In this document: one piece after another, positions 1 to 11,767 of the stretch
Numbering within the stretch: the first letter of the stretch is position 1
Layout of the letters: every line of letters starts with the position of its first letter
Source: Zygophlyctis sp. KS116
Taxonomy: Eukaryota > Fungi > Chytridiomycota
Length of the DNA: 32,000 nucleotides
Assembly (NCBI GenBank): GCA_054661495.1
Contig: BAAFSQ010000075.1
Location: forward strand, 8,090-40,089
Direction of reading: 5' to 3'
Position numbers and translations under genes: made by a program
The notes under the pieces: generated by a model
The model's database searches: none
What the model was told of the DNA's origin: nothing
What the model saw: only the letters and a program-made list of their open reading frames with translations

Positions 1-2596
1 TCATTTGCTTGCAAGTCAATTCTAGGAGAGTCATGACCCTCTCGTAATTTAAAGATAGACCTTTAATACAGCATTTGACAAGACTGACACATGAAATTCT
101 AAAAATAAGTAAGTATGATTACTTTCTAACTTGTATATTAGCAGAGCCGCAAGAAGGAAGGATTGTTGACATAAAGCCTAATATAAATCTCCTCTTCCCG
201 ATATACGTAGCTGGCATGGTATCTCTCCTCGCAGAAAGATCATTCTAGTTGTTTTAATCATAAAACTACTTACTAAGAATGGCGGTGGATATAAATTCAA
301 CTTGGAGCATATGATTGCTATCCAAGATGAGGAATGAACAAATGTTGCACTGAAATTATAGTCATCGGGGTTGATAATCTGATCATCCGGAGAGTCAGCA
401 GCGAAAAAATACCAATATTGATCAATCAAACTTGGTAACCCCAAATATTCAATCAATTCTTTTTCCCCAGATGCAGATATAGACGTTGCAAATGAATCTA
501 ATATTTCAAAATACATTAAACGAGAGCCATCAGTAGCCGCCTTAATTTTGTCCAGAAAGTTCATTGAATTTCCTAGAAAAATCCCAGATTTGTTAATAAG
601 GTAAGTTATAATCAAATCAATACTTTGAAAATTAATAAAAACTATTACCAAGGTATATGCTCATCTCCTAATGATAGTATAAGGATAGCATTGACTAAGT
701 GGACTAAATTTAATGTTATTGAATGAGGTATCAATGCCCCTAAATTTTCATATGCTGCCATCCTGATAGTCGAACAACTGCTTAACGTCAGCCTAAAAAC
801 AACAAAAAGGTACTAAATATTGATTTGAGAGCGATATACCTCTTCTATGACTTCGCGAGGCATTATATCAAGTGGATATTCTCTAGCTAACTGCAAGCCT
901 TCTAAAAGGACACTCTAACAGTAAAAGAAAAAACATTACAGATTCCGTTTCGATATTTAGAATAGATGCGATATATGACCATAAAAACGATATTTCTCCT
1001 GCAGAAGTTAGCCGTAAGGCCGGTAAGAATCTCCTACATATTTTCAATGCCGAATGCTGAACTTTAGGATTAGAGTCTTTTGTCAAGGGTGAGACTGTCT
1101 GCAAGAAAAACATATCCACCTTTTGGCAAGTCCCAGCCCAAGAGCCAATTAGTTCTAATTGCTTGAGCTTTAAAGGAAGAGGTAAATATTCAAGTGCTGT
1201 AGTTAGCTTTTGAAGAAGCTTGATAGTGAGGGGCGGGCTAACTTTTATGATGGAATGTATAATCTTGAATATCCCAGCTTCATATCCAACATTCATTTTT
1301 GATCGATGCAGCTGAATAAGTTCTTTGGCTTCCACAATATCCGGACCATCAGCCAAATCAATCATTCCCAAGTATAAGAGAGTGGTTAAATAGTCAGTAT
1401 CAACTAAACCTGAGGCGATAAATATAAATAAGTGTCTTGATTCATCAAGCAAATTTGGGCTTAATTTCAGAGCATTGTATAAGAAAATACATGCTCCATA
1501 TCTAATAATAGGAGAACTAGAGCGATAATGATTGGTTAATGATGTTAAGAAATCATTTAACAAGAATGACCCCGATTTTAAGCGTCCTTCAGGAGTTACT
1601 GGCAGCGCAAATAAAAGATACTTTTGGAATGCCCATCCAAGCAATTCAAATGACGATTCATCATATGAATTTAGAATATTGAGAAACATTTTAAATCCTA
1701 TTCCATTGTTTTGATCTTTAGTTGTCGCATCTGATTTAATATTTGAATTCGAAAAAATATTTTGAATTGAATTCTTGATTTCAGCAATTTCTGAATGAAA
1801 CTATTTGAATTAAAAATTTAAAAAAATTACTTTGATTTTTAATCGCAACAGACATTCAATGACGTTTCTTGCTAAAGATGTATCCACTTTTACATACAAA
1901 GGTGCCAATAATCCTAGTCCCTTTATAATTACGATCCGATCTTGAATAGTGGTAGAATCGTGCGGTGTAGATCCCAACAAGAAAAATAAGTTCCATATTG
2001 CAGCAAGATTATCTTCTTCTTGAAATATTTTTTCATTTTCAAAAACTAGTCTAACCAATGCACTATTACATACACCTCGAGTATACCAATCTGAATCTTT
2101 ACGATAGACTTCCAACCTTGCTACCAGCGCAATTGCCATAAGATTCAAGCTCTTTCCAATCGACTGAAATAAATTATGAATACGAGTGCAATTATCTATG
2201 CTTTAAACTAATAAACTTACCATTGATATCAGCCAAAAATTCGCCAATAGCATTATCGATTTTTGGATCACTGCAAAGAAATTTCTCGTCTAAAATCGCG
2301 GCCAGTTGTGTAAGCAGCGTAGCAGATTTTATCCTTACTGAAGAAATTGGGTATCCCAAATTAGATATAAGACTAGTTGCAAGTTGAACGGCATTTGTTT
2401 CTAATACATCTTCCAGGTGAAATATTTTAGTTGATTCGGACTGAGAGATAACAGTCTTTTGAGAATTCATGACATTATTAGACAAGTCAGAGACTGGATT
2501 TGATGACAAAGAATTCTGAGCCAGTTTTGTCCAATTAATTATGGAACTACGAATGCTGTTAGGAAACGTAAAAGTTATTGTGTGTTGTCGCTCCAT
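1..2596 (-). CDS. Large multi-exon alpha-helical (HEAT/ARM-repeat-like) protein, 3' part runs off the window
   Basis: ORFs 2192-2596, 1810-2148, 883-1689 and 178-651 join in frame through GT-AG micro-introns (2196-2220, 1801-1830, 915-939, 813-839, 623-648). Leu-rich HEAT-like segments include SSPIIRYGACIFL and DSNPKVQHSALKIC. Family not recognised. Confidence 0.6.
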
Positions 2597-2682
2597 TTTC
2601 GCGAAGATTCGTCCGAACTCCGAGTAAACATAATTATATCAGTGTATGTGTAAAATTGTACAATCATTTATTTACAAACAAT

Positions 2683-3815
2683 TCATTCTTCGTCGCAGTG
2701 ATTGCAAGCGTTCAAAATTGCTTGAATCTCTCTTGATTCTTCCGATGAAGATATGTTCAGTAACCCTGCCAACTGTTTTTGACTTAGAAACAATGTCCTC
2801 ATTTTTACTATATTAGAATCCTCCATTTTTTCTAAATGCATCCAAACACCAAGAATGATTAAACTTGGAGGTATTCCAATGCATAAATAGTCTAAAAATT
2901 AAAAAATATTTAATGAAATACCCTGTATGATAAAATCAAAGTATTTGTTAAATTTATACATGATATCCCGTCTAAGCAGAGTTGAGGGTGAATTGATCTT
3001 GAACAAATTATGTTCTGGCTTAATTTCAGCGTCAAAAATATCAGGAGTTCCAAGTGAATTGAAGATTTCATGCAACAAAGTCTAAAATGTTTAAAAAAAC
3101 AGAATACATGAGGAGTAACGATATTAAAATCCCAATCAAGCGCCGCAATAGCCTTTCTCTCCATTCTTTTTAAATCCTTAATATTATGATCATCTATTGA
3201 AACATTTGCCATCTCGGTACATGTAGGCTCCAAAATTTCTTCATACACTTTAGCCGAAATGAAAACACAAGTAAGTGCCAACAAATTGAATTGTTTTCTC
3301 TGAGTCACTTTGACTTTTGACAAGTATATATCCAAGTATGCTACAGCAATATAGAAAGTTTCATCTAAAAATAGAAAATCCAGACAAATGCCCTTCATAA
3401 AAAACACCAATTCTATGATCAGCATTAAATTATAAATACCACTTCTTCTAGACTTTTTGAAATGCCCATTCTGCCTAGTCTGCATATAATCGGGATTGGC
3501 AAGTATCCTACATTCCTTATCAATTAAATGCTGAAGAGCCTTTGACGGGCGCCTAGATACATTTCCCAATCTACTTATCGGACCTCCTCTAAGACCAAAA
3601 ACAGCAGGCGAAAGAACACTATTATCCAGATCAATGATTTCATGCTGCTTCTCTATTGTGGTTTTGGAAGATACCGGAGTGAGATAACCAAAGTTTGGAG
3701 ACTCAAACAGCTTCTGGATGGACTGGGGAAGAGATTCAGTGACATGATTCCAGACGCTAGACCATGATTGGTCAATCTTTTGTCGCTTACTATCATTAGA
3801 GTGTGGACTTAACAT
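2683..3815 (-). CDS. Cyclin with a divergent A/D-like cyclin box; ~349 aa if initiated at ATG 3815, or the C-terminal half of a Cdc25-cyclin fusion
   Basis: Cyclin-box motifs ETFYIAVAYLDIYLS, QFNLLALTCVFISAKVYEE and DLKRMERKAIAALDWDFNIVTPH. Introns 3413-3439 (27), 3082-3107 (26), 2892-2921 (30). TGA at 2683-2685. Confidence 0.85.
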
Positions 3816-3870
3816 TGGAAATATTTCAGCCCTAACGGACTCTACAATGTACAAGTTCCGATTAAATTAT

Positions 3871-5197
3871 CTATTCCCTACTTAAAAATCCTTCAGAGAA
3901 ACATTTTCTAAAAGATCTCTTGCCGACATTCTTGAGTTCGTCCTTATATTCTATAGAGTTCATCGCGATATATCCTTGTGGATCGCAGCGGTCCGGGTAT
4001 TTGGTATAAAAGTTTCTATAACCACCTTGAAGTACATACATTTCTGGATAGAATAATGATGGGTATTCATTAAGTTGACGATCAGTTGATCTAAAGTGAA
4101 GAGCCCTGATTTTAAGTCAAGTGTTTAAAAGAATTACATTCTAGGAGCCCTCTGTAATGAATATTCACAATGAAAAATAACAACTCTCTTTGGAGTTTTG
4201 GTAGGATTTGAGAAAAATCTTTCTTCTAATGTTTTCGGACATGATACATTTTCAGCCCCAACTATGTGACCTCCGGCAAATTCAAAAGAATATCGGCAAT
4301 CAACAATAGTAAAAGAATCTATGGTTTCAGAATAATCTCCATCTAAAAGAGATATTAACTTTTCATGAAAAATTCTTAATTACAGTTTCGGGAGCAATTT
4401 GTTTCAAGTGATTCTGACATTGTACAAATGGTAAAAGAGATTCAACTTCCTGAAAGAAAGAACAGTCTGGAGCTGATACAGTTTTTACGCATTTCAATGC
4501 TTTAGATGTATCAGTTCCAAAATTTTGACAATGATTATTATTCGCAGCTTTCTATGCATAAAAAATATTCATTAATGTACAGGGACTTTGGAAGATCTAG
4601 CATTCCAATGACTTACGCCAGAATTTGATTTTAGCATTGTACGTGTAATTTCTTTTCTGTTAAATGGAGGAACTGGCGGTCTATTTCCTTTAAATAAAAC
4701 AGAACAGTCGCTATTATTGTTAATAAATTAGGTATACTTTTCAAATAAAGTGGAATCTTTGTCCGATTGAAACTTTTTAAACAAGTGCATTTCTTGATTG
4801 TTTGAGTTCGGGCCTTGCAGTCTACCATAAGCAGTTTGAGTCCTTGAAAATTGTCTCTTTGCCGGCAATGCAAAAGATCCAACTGGAGACTTAAATAAGT
4901 CATCACTTAATTCATTTTTAGCATGTGCCAGATCTTGAAGTAAGCACCTACGTGGTGTTTTGAGTCTTTGAGTTAAACCAACTAGTAATACCCTTGGTTT
5001 TGAATGCTAAAGTTTACATCCATATCCAATGCTAGAACTGACAGTGGGGATTTCATGGCAAATATTCCTGTAAGATCCATTCCTTCTGCGCCTTGCTTTG
5101 GAGACCGTGGAAATCCAGAAACATCAGAATTATCTAAACCATTTGAAGTAAAATCTATATTGAATGTTTGTAAGGTCATAGTATTCATATTATCCAT
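3871..5197 (-). CDS. cdc25: Cdc25/Mih1 M-phase inducer phosphatase (rhodanese fold), ~395 aa
   Basis: Splicing introns 4966-4991, 4711-4737, 4552-4580, 4359-4383 and 4106-4137 gives IVDCRYSFEFAGGHIVGAENV, the catalytic loop VIFHCEYSLQRAPRMALHFRSTDRQLNEYP (intact HCX5R) and YPEMYVLQGGYRNFY. The N-terminus has SP/TP sites. The catalytic domain is absent from the ORF track. Confidence 0.92.
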
Positions 5198-5961
5198 ATT
5201 TTAAAAGTTATTATCGTTCCTATGGTATAAATAATGCAAAGCGCTAAAGAAAACTCAAGATCTCAAAGAGAATTAAATATAACAAACCGTTAGCGATAGC
5301 ATACCTATTAAAAGTATTAAAATTAGTATGTGACACGCTATATTAATTAGTTGTAAAGGATACGTCACTACTATAACCCCGAATGATCAAATGGAACTAC
5401 CATATATGACTGGATGGAAACAATTTATAGAGATTTATTATAAATTAAAAGTAGTAGAGATTATTCATTGAGCGCTGCAAAACTGCTAAATTTCCAGGAT
5501 AATTGTTGTGTTTTAGATAACTTTCACGATTGATTTTGGCCTCTAAAAATGAATTTGATCTCTTAATTTAGGTAGTGTAGTCCATTTTTCCAGGTCAACC
5601 CACATGGATATTGAACGTCCGAATTTTGCACTAACCAGCCCAAATCGGTGGCACCAACGACTACAACGAAGAGTAATTATGGGGAACCGAAAAACTGCTA
5701 GTTATCTTAATCAATCCATTCATGATCGATTCTAAAAAAAGTATGCTATTGGCTTCCCCTTTAAGGATTTAATTGAGTTTTTCCATCGAAATTTTCAGCT
5801 TTTTGTAGGTATATTTATTCACATCATAGAATTCAATAAATTTTATTTTATGGTATATCTTTGCTAGATATATGCTATTATGACCTCACGGGCCACGATT
5901 GCTCCGATCGCGTTGATTTAAACGGAAACATTGCGATCGTTAATATAATATAGTAAATAGT

Positions 5962-8945
5962 ATGAGTAAAAGCCAAAACAAGCAGGTATCAAGCACTCAA
6001 ATTCAGCAAAAAAGTCGATCGCAGTCTATTCCAAAGCCTCCATGCATTCCTCCCCCGCCAATTCCAACGTCTGAAAGCAATAATAATGAGATTTATGGGT
6101 TTAAAAAAGAAGGCGAAAGGCTACGTACTGCTAGTGAAAGTAAAATATCTACTATAGCTGCTAAAAGCAATCAAGATGAAGATAATACATTATACAAGCG
6201 TAAAAAGACTCCTCGTTCAGTCTCTTTCTCGAGATCAAAAAATCCAAGACGTAGAACATCTACAGGGAAAAGTATATTGAAAAAATCTACAGCTGAAAGT
6301 CAAGATCTAGTTTCAAAAGAATCAATCGACGGTATTTTTTACAAAACTTATTTAAGATTCCGGACATTCAACTAAAATTAAGAATATGAAGTCATCAAAA
6401 AAAGAAAATCCTACTAGAGTCAAATCTACTGAATCTGTACAAAAAGATGAAAATAGAGGGCGATCGTCATCAGCACGAAGAAGTTCGGGCAGATTAACCA
6501 AGATCCCTGTAGTCCTTCCAGATCCAGTTGTATCCACGGCTCAAGAAACTTCAGAAAAGAATCCTATAATAACAGATTTGGTCGTGGAAACTATTCAGAA
6601 TCCATCCATATTTTCTCATTTAGGAAAAAATGAGTCTGATTTTGTTGATCAAATACTAAAGATACATATTCATGGCGCTGATGAGCTTATAACTGATGTT
6701 AATATAAGAAATCCATTGGTTCGAGTCAGCTTGATAGGTAAGCAAACCAAAGATAATCATATAGATATAAACACAGGAAAGTATGTTACAAAGAGTAAAA
6801 TGGAGCGTAAAGTTACTTCTGCAATTGAATCAGACTATTTAAATGTCATCCTTCCAACTTTAACCCAAGTAAATAGATATAGCTCATCTCTAGATATATT
6901 CATTCAGTACAGTTCAATCGAATGAGCCAAAATGGGAAGAGGAGCTTATTTACAATGAAGATTATTTGCATATTCTTCAGCCAAATATCATTATTGGATT
7001 TGAGATTTTAAATTTGATTAAAAGCAAGCGATCGCTATCAAAGTATTTATAGTAAAATAACTTCAAGGGAAACCGATGGTTGGAATAAAATAGCGTGGGG
7101 ATTCATTAAAGTCATTGGACAAAATGGAAAAGTTAATACGGAGCAAAAGGTTGAATGCTCATATTTTTGATTTTTTAGGCTCGCTTGCAGTTATTTAAAT
7201 ATCCATTGACTTTACCTTGGACTAAGAAACTTAGTGGAGTATCAGATCTTTTTTTCGCTTACAAGTCAGCTCGGGTAAAGTACCCCTCCACTTTGTACGT
7301 GACTGTAAGTGGAGCTCCAAAAATGGATTTTGTACAAGTTAAAAATCGCCCCAGATATCCTACAGAAATAGAAACGGGCCGAATGACTTTGACTCAGGTG
7401 CGTTTTTATATCGGATAACATAATTAGATGGTTAAATCTCAAGTGAATAGAAAAACGGGTATTTCGAGAAGTTTGTTAAATATTAATTCAACGGTAATAT
7501 TTTAAAAGCTGATGATCAGCAGGAAAGTTGGAGATATAAAAAAGGCCATCCCTTTAAGCTTCCAAATAAGATAATTTATGGAATTGACTGTGGACTGCGG
7601 TATGATATGTTGCTTCATATATAGAGGTGCTTTTTCTTGCTCCTTTTCTCATAATGGACTGTATTTGGCCATAGCGTGCGTGGGCTCTAATACATATCCA
7701 ATCAAAGTGTACGACATGATCGGCGGTGAAAGGGTAGCTACACTAGAAGGTCACCAAGATTTAGTTTATAAACTAACCTGGTCCTCAGACGATACGTAAT
7801 TCTGCCCATGATTTTTGATATCTAGAGAACTCTTGTCCGCATCATCAGATTCAACAGTTCGTGTATGGAATTTTGATGAAAGCGGGTCTGTATATAATGT
7901 CGGTAATATTTCGCATGCGTCATTTGTATATAATGTTGTTTATCATCCGTTATTTTGCAACGATAAAAAGTACTTTCCTTTTTTTGAATAATATATAGAG
8001 TGATTGTGACTGCTGGATATGATGGATTGATTCGGGTCTGGGAATACAATTTTGAATCCAAGATCGCCCCAGTATGCATTAACACCGCTTTAGGCCATAA
8101 GAATTATATCAATTCCTTACTCTTTGATGAAGATGGTTTGAAATTATATTCTGCCGATTCTGCCGGTTTTATCAAAGTTTGGGATTCTAGTCTAAATGAA
8201 GATCAAAAGCCAATTTTCAAATGCATAACAACCGTGGACATTTTCTATGTAACCAACATGCATAAGCGCTTATATATAGGGAATCCCGATTTGTCATTTA
8301 TCGATTCATTCTGCCTCTAGAAAAATTCTGGTACAAACTACATCAAACACTTTACATATTCTTGATTCTAGAATTCTCAAAGTTTTAACTCACATCGATC
8401 CTCTCCCAAAACCATTCTTAAAAAAGAATTTTGTCACTCCCATCCTTCCGCCTTTACCAAATCCGATGCATAATTTATTTAGAAGATCCCAATTCTCTCC
8501 TTGTGGAACTTATATTCTCTCTGGAACGACCATTTATGAGGCGGATTCTGGAAAAAGAGCCGGCATGTATAGCTCATATGGTCCCGTAACTGATGTCGCC
8601 TGGCATCCAAATGATTTCATGTGCTGTTTGGTCGAGTATGGCAGCTGTCGGACAAATGTTTATACTTACGACTCATCTTGCAAGAACTTAACGGTAAAAT
8701 ATTTTATTTAAACGTTGAAGTGTCCCAAGGCAGAAATCATAAATATGAAAGTAACAGCAACCAAGTCTCATCACGATTCTATTGCATCGCCCCTAAGGAA
8801 TTCAGTATCGGACACTTTGAGAAACGCTTTGACGCAGTTAAAGCTTGGAGAAGATTTATTTAGTAATTTAAGCGACTAATAATATTTAGGCGGGCCAAAG
8901 ATTGGGCGATTAGAAGGAGTACCAGCCAAGACAGTAGGGATTTAA
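5962..8945 (+). CDS. AHI1: Jouberin/AHI1-like ciliary transition-zone protein (C2-like region plus WD40 repeats), ~875 aa, 13 introns
   Basis: Spliced product has LKIHIHGADEL, EPKWEEELIYNEDY, WNKIAWGFIK, RVKYPSTLYVTV, then WD40 repeats (GHQDLVYKLTWS, VTAGYDGLIRVW). Introns of 25-31 nt: 6332-6356, 6738-6764, 6869-6893, 7043-7067, 7150-7178, 7398-7427, 7494-7519, 7600-7624, 7796-7825, 7970-7998, 8249-8279, 8694-8720, 8863-8889. Confidence 0.8.
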
Positions 8946-8971
8946 ATTAAGAAAGTATGTGATCAAAATAT

Positions 8972-10338
8972 TTATTCTTCAACTTGTAAAGTCAATAGCC
9001 CCACTTCGTCAGCACTCTTAACAATTCTTTCCGCATCATCCTTGGACAAAGTCGCTAAATATTCGTTTATTTTGTCTACATCTTGCAATAAAATGGCTTC
9101 TATTTATTTTATAATCTAAATGTAATACCTTGAAAGTCACGATCAAAGCCTGCAAAAACCTCTGCACGCTTCTCACCTTCTCCATCCGGTCCTACTGGGA
9201 GAGCAAAAGATCCATCAGGCTGCTTAGCAGCTTCGACTCTTGCCAATGCTTCTAATTGCTCCCGCCGCTCTTCCTCTTGAGTCTGAGCATGAATTTCCTT
9301 TACTCTATTCTGAATGCGAGCAAAAGTATCTGCGCAATCCTTTCTAAACATATCCATTGCTGCTCTGGAAGAAGTTTCCATCCTTTTCATTATAAAATTC
9401 AAATACCTTTTAAAAAACATACTTATACCATCTTTTCCCAATAATCCACAATATTGAAGGATCAATGACTGATGAACACAATTTTTGGCTTCTTTTGACT
9501 TACCAGCCATTTCCAGTCTAAAAGCCTCTGCCAAAATTTCATCTGAATATTTCTGACATGCTAATTCAGGATTACAACTCAAAGCCTTGAAAGATGATTC
9601 GATACTAGTCAAATGAGCAAACTTTTCAGCAGGCGGATAAGTAATATAATCTTCTTCTCCTTGTTCATCCATTGATTCAGAATTTGCAGTTTTTGAAGGA
9701 TCGTGTATAGTTTCAACAACCATTTCCTTTTTAGAACTTGATTCAGCAGCAGCAGCCACCGCAACAGGAACAGACTCTACTTTTTTCTGAGCAATAGACT
9801 AAATTTAGCATTTTTTTAAAATTACTGATTTATCAAACCCAGTTTTCATTGTTTCAGAGGTAATTTTTTTAGATATTTCTACCTGTTCCTTTTCTAATTC
9901 TATAGAAACCTCTTTTTGACGATTTTCCAGTTTTAAAATCCAATCTTGAACATTTTTAGTTTCAACAATTTCTGCCATCATTTTATCTAAATCTATCCTT
10001 TGCTTTAAAAATGGATCTGGCAGAGGATAATCCCAAGCAGGATTTCTATCAGTCATAACCATTTCATAAACTTTTTTCTCAAAATCCTTATTCCAGTCTC
10101 GAACTAGCATCTGTAATTCATTTAAATCGTCAATACTTTTGAGCTGTGAGACTATTTTTAGAGAGAGATCATTTTCCATTTTTAGCGCTGAAACTTTATC
10201 TTGGCGGTCCTTTCTTTTCGCATGAATCTGACTCTGCTTCCATCTGATCATTGACTTTTTATCTACGTTTGGATGGCACTCAAAATCCTCATCGTCTGAT
10301 AGTTCAATTGCATCCCATTTGGAGTAATCCACTGGCAT
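8972..10338 (-). CDS. CDC37: Hsp90 kinase co-chaperone Cdc37, ~428 aa
   Basis: Diagnostic N-terminus MPVDYSKWDAIELSDDEDFECHPNVDKKSMIRWKQ (ATG at 10338, not 10431) and CVHQSLILQYC. Introns 9799-9825, 9383-9406, 9100-9128. Confidence 0.93.
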
Positions 10339-10484
10339 TTGGCAACTCGACCACAAACACACAATTGTCAAGGATCCTAAATCTAAGCTAGAAGGCATGT
10401 CCGAACCATTATTGTACTGTTTTTGTATCATGTATGCATGTATCTAATCTTACTTGAAACTACCGCATGCATATGCATCATGAA

Positions 10485-10510
10485 ATCAATAGATCAATAG
10501 ATCAATAGAT
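10485..10510. repeat. Tandem 8-mer (ATCAATAG)x3 in the Cdc37/Orc5 divergent intergenic region
   Basis: Sequence atcaatag atcaatag atcaatag at, preceded by ATGCAT-rich palindromes (about 10430-10480). Confidence 0.7.
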
Positions 10511-10587
10511 AAAGAGGGATTAAAACAAAATTATGAATTCTAGAGCAAAAAATTAAAAATTAAATCCGCTGTAAATTTAAAAAAGAT

Positions 10588-11760
10588 ATGCGCTTACAAC
10601 AATTGTCTTATCTAAAATCTCTCAAAGAGTTTCCTCCAAATGTTTTATTCATTACCGGTCCTTCTTCATCCGGTAAAAGTACAACTGTAAGAGAATGGTC
10701 CGAATCTCTAGTAACAAAATCGTTTTCTAATTTAAAATCCAAGTATTCTCAACAACTTTTATTTGAAGATATTCTAAATCAGATTTCAAATACTAAAAGT
10801 AATCATGAAAATGGATTTAAAGTCTATTCTCGCTGTGAATCCAAACAAGAATTTATTCTTGAGCTACAATCACTAAATCTAGACAATTATTTTATAATAT
10901 TGGATTCTGTAGAGAAATTAGATTCAAGTCTATTCAATTTTTTTACAAAATTACCAGAAATTATTAAAGGGACTGTAGTATTGATTTCAAAGGTTTCTTG
11001 GACTGATTTAATATCTCTTGGAAATTCTCTAGTCAATCCTCTAATTTTAGAATTTCCTGCTTATACTAGAGATGAGATTTTAGATATTTTATCTCTAGAT
11101 TGTCCAATGGATGAACAAGTGGAATTTTATCGTACTTTTGTGAAAATAGTCTATGAAACAGTCTATAGACCAACTAAAAATTTGGATGAAATTAGGACTT
11201 TGTCTCTTGTATTATTTCCAAAATTCATAGAACCAATTCAACAAGGAAAAGCTAAAAAGGAAGAAATTTCTAAATTAGTCTCTAATGTTTCAAGTTATCT
11301 AAAAGAAATTGGGTCTAGTCTTATACTGGGAACTTTTACGTCTACAAATTCTTTAGAACTGCCATACTATACCAAATTCTTACTAATTTCAAGTTTTTTA
11401 GCCTCTTTTAATCCTCCAAGATTGGATGTACGGTTTTTCTCAAAAGAAAAAGAAGCAAGAGGGATTTTAAAGAGAAAGAAATCTACTAAAATACGTCAAC
11501 AGTTGCTTGGACCTAGAATATTTCCTTTTAGTAGAATGTTGGCGATTTTCTATTCTATAATTGATGAACCTTTACAAGATTCAATCATTATTAATCAGCA
11601 AGTGACTACTCTAGTCAATTTAAAATTACTCTCTAGAATTTCATCTCAGGACAAATTAGATGGACTGAAATTCAAGTGTAATTCCCCTTTTGAAATTGTC
11701 AATGCAGTAGCAAGTTCTGTTAAAATGGATCTAGTAAAGTACTTGAATGAGTGGATCTAA
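10588..11760 (+). CDS. ORC5: Origin recognition complex subunit 5
   Basis: Walker A GPSSSGKST, IILDSVEKL, FPAYTRDEI, and ORC5_C motifs LPYYTKFLLISSFLASFNPPRLDVRFF and LLGPRIFPFSRMLAIF. Apparently intronless. Confidence 0.92.
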   Translation: MRLQQLSYLKSLKEFPPNVLFITGPSSSGKSTTVREWSESLVTKSFSNLKSKYSQQLLFEDILNQISNTKSNHENGFKVYSRCESKQEFILELQSLNLDNYFIILDSVEKLDSSLFNFFTKLPEIIKGTVVLISKVSWTDLISLGNSLVNPLILEFPAYTRDEILDILSLDCPMDEQVEFYRTFVKIVYETVYRPTKNLDEIRTLSLVLFPKFIEPIQQGKAKKEEISKLVSNVSSYLKEIGSSLILGTFTSTNSLELPYYTKFLLISSFLASFNPPRLDVRFFSKEKEARGILKRKKSTKIRQQLLGPRIFPFSRMLAIFYSIIDEPLQDSIIINQQVTTLVNLKLLSRISSQDKLDGLKFKCNSPFEIVNAVASSVKMDLVKYLNEWI

Positions 11761-11767
11761 AAACTTT

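Noticed and set aside
5570-5590. U2 snRNA-like GTGTAGT
   Set aside because: The flanking U2 5' sequence and stem-loops are absent.
10339-10431. N-terminal extensions in the ORF track for Cdc37 (10431) and Ku80 (31652)
   Set aside because: The conserved N-termini begin at downstream ATGs (MPVDYSKW at 10338; MAGKEAT at 31601).
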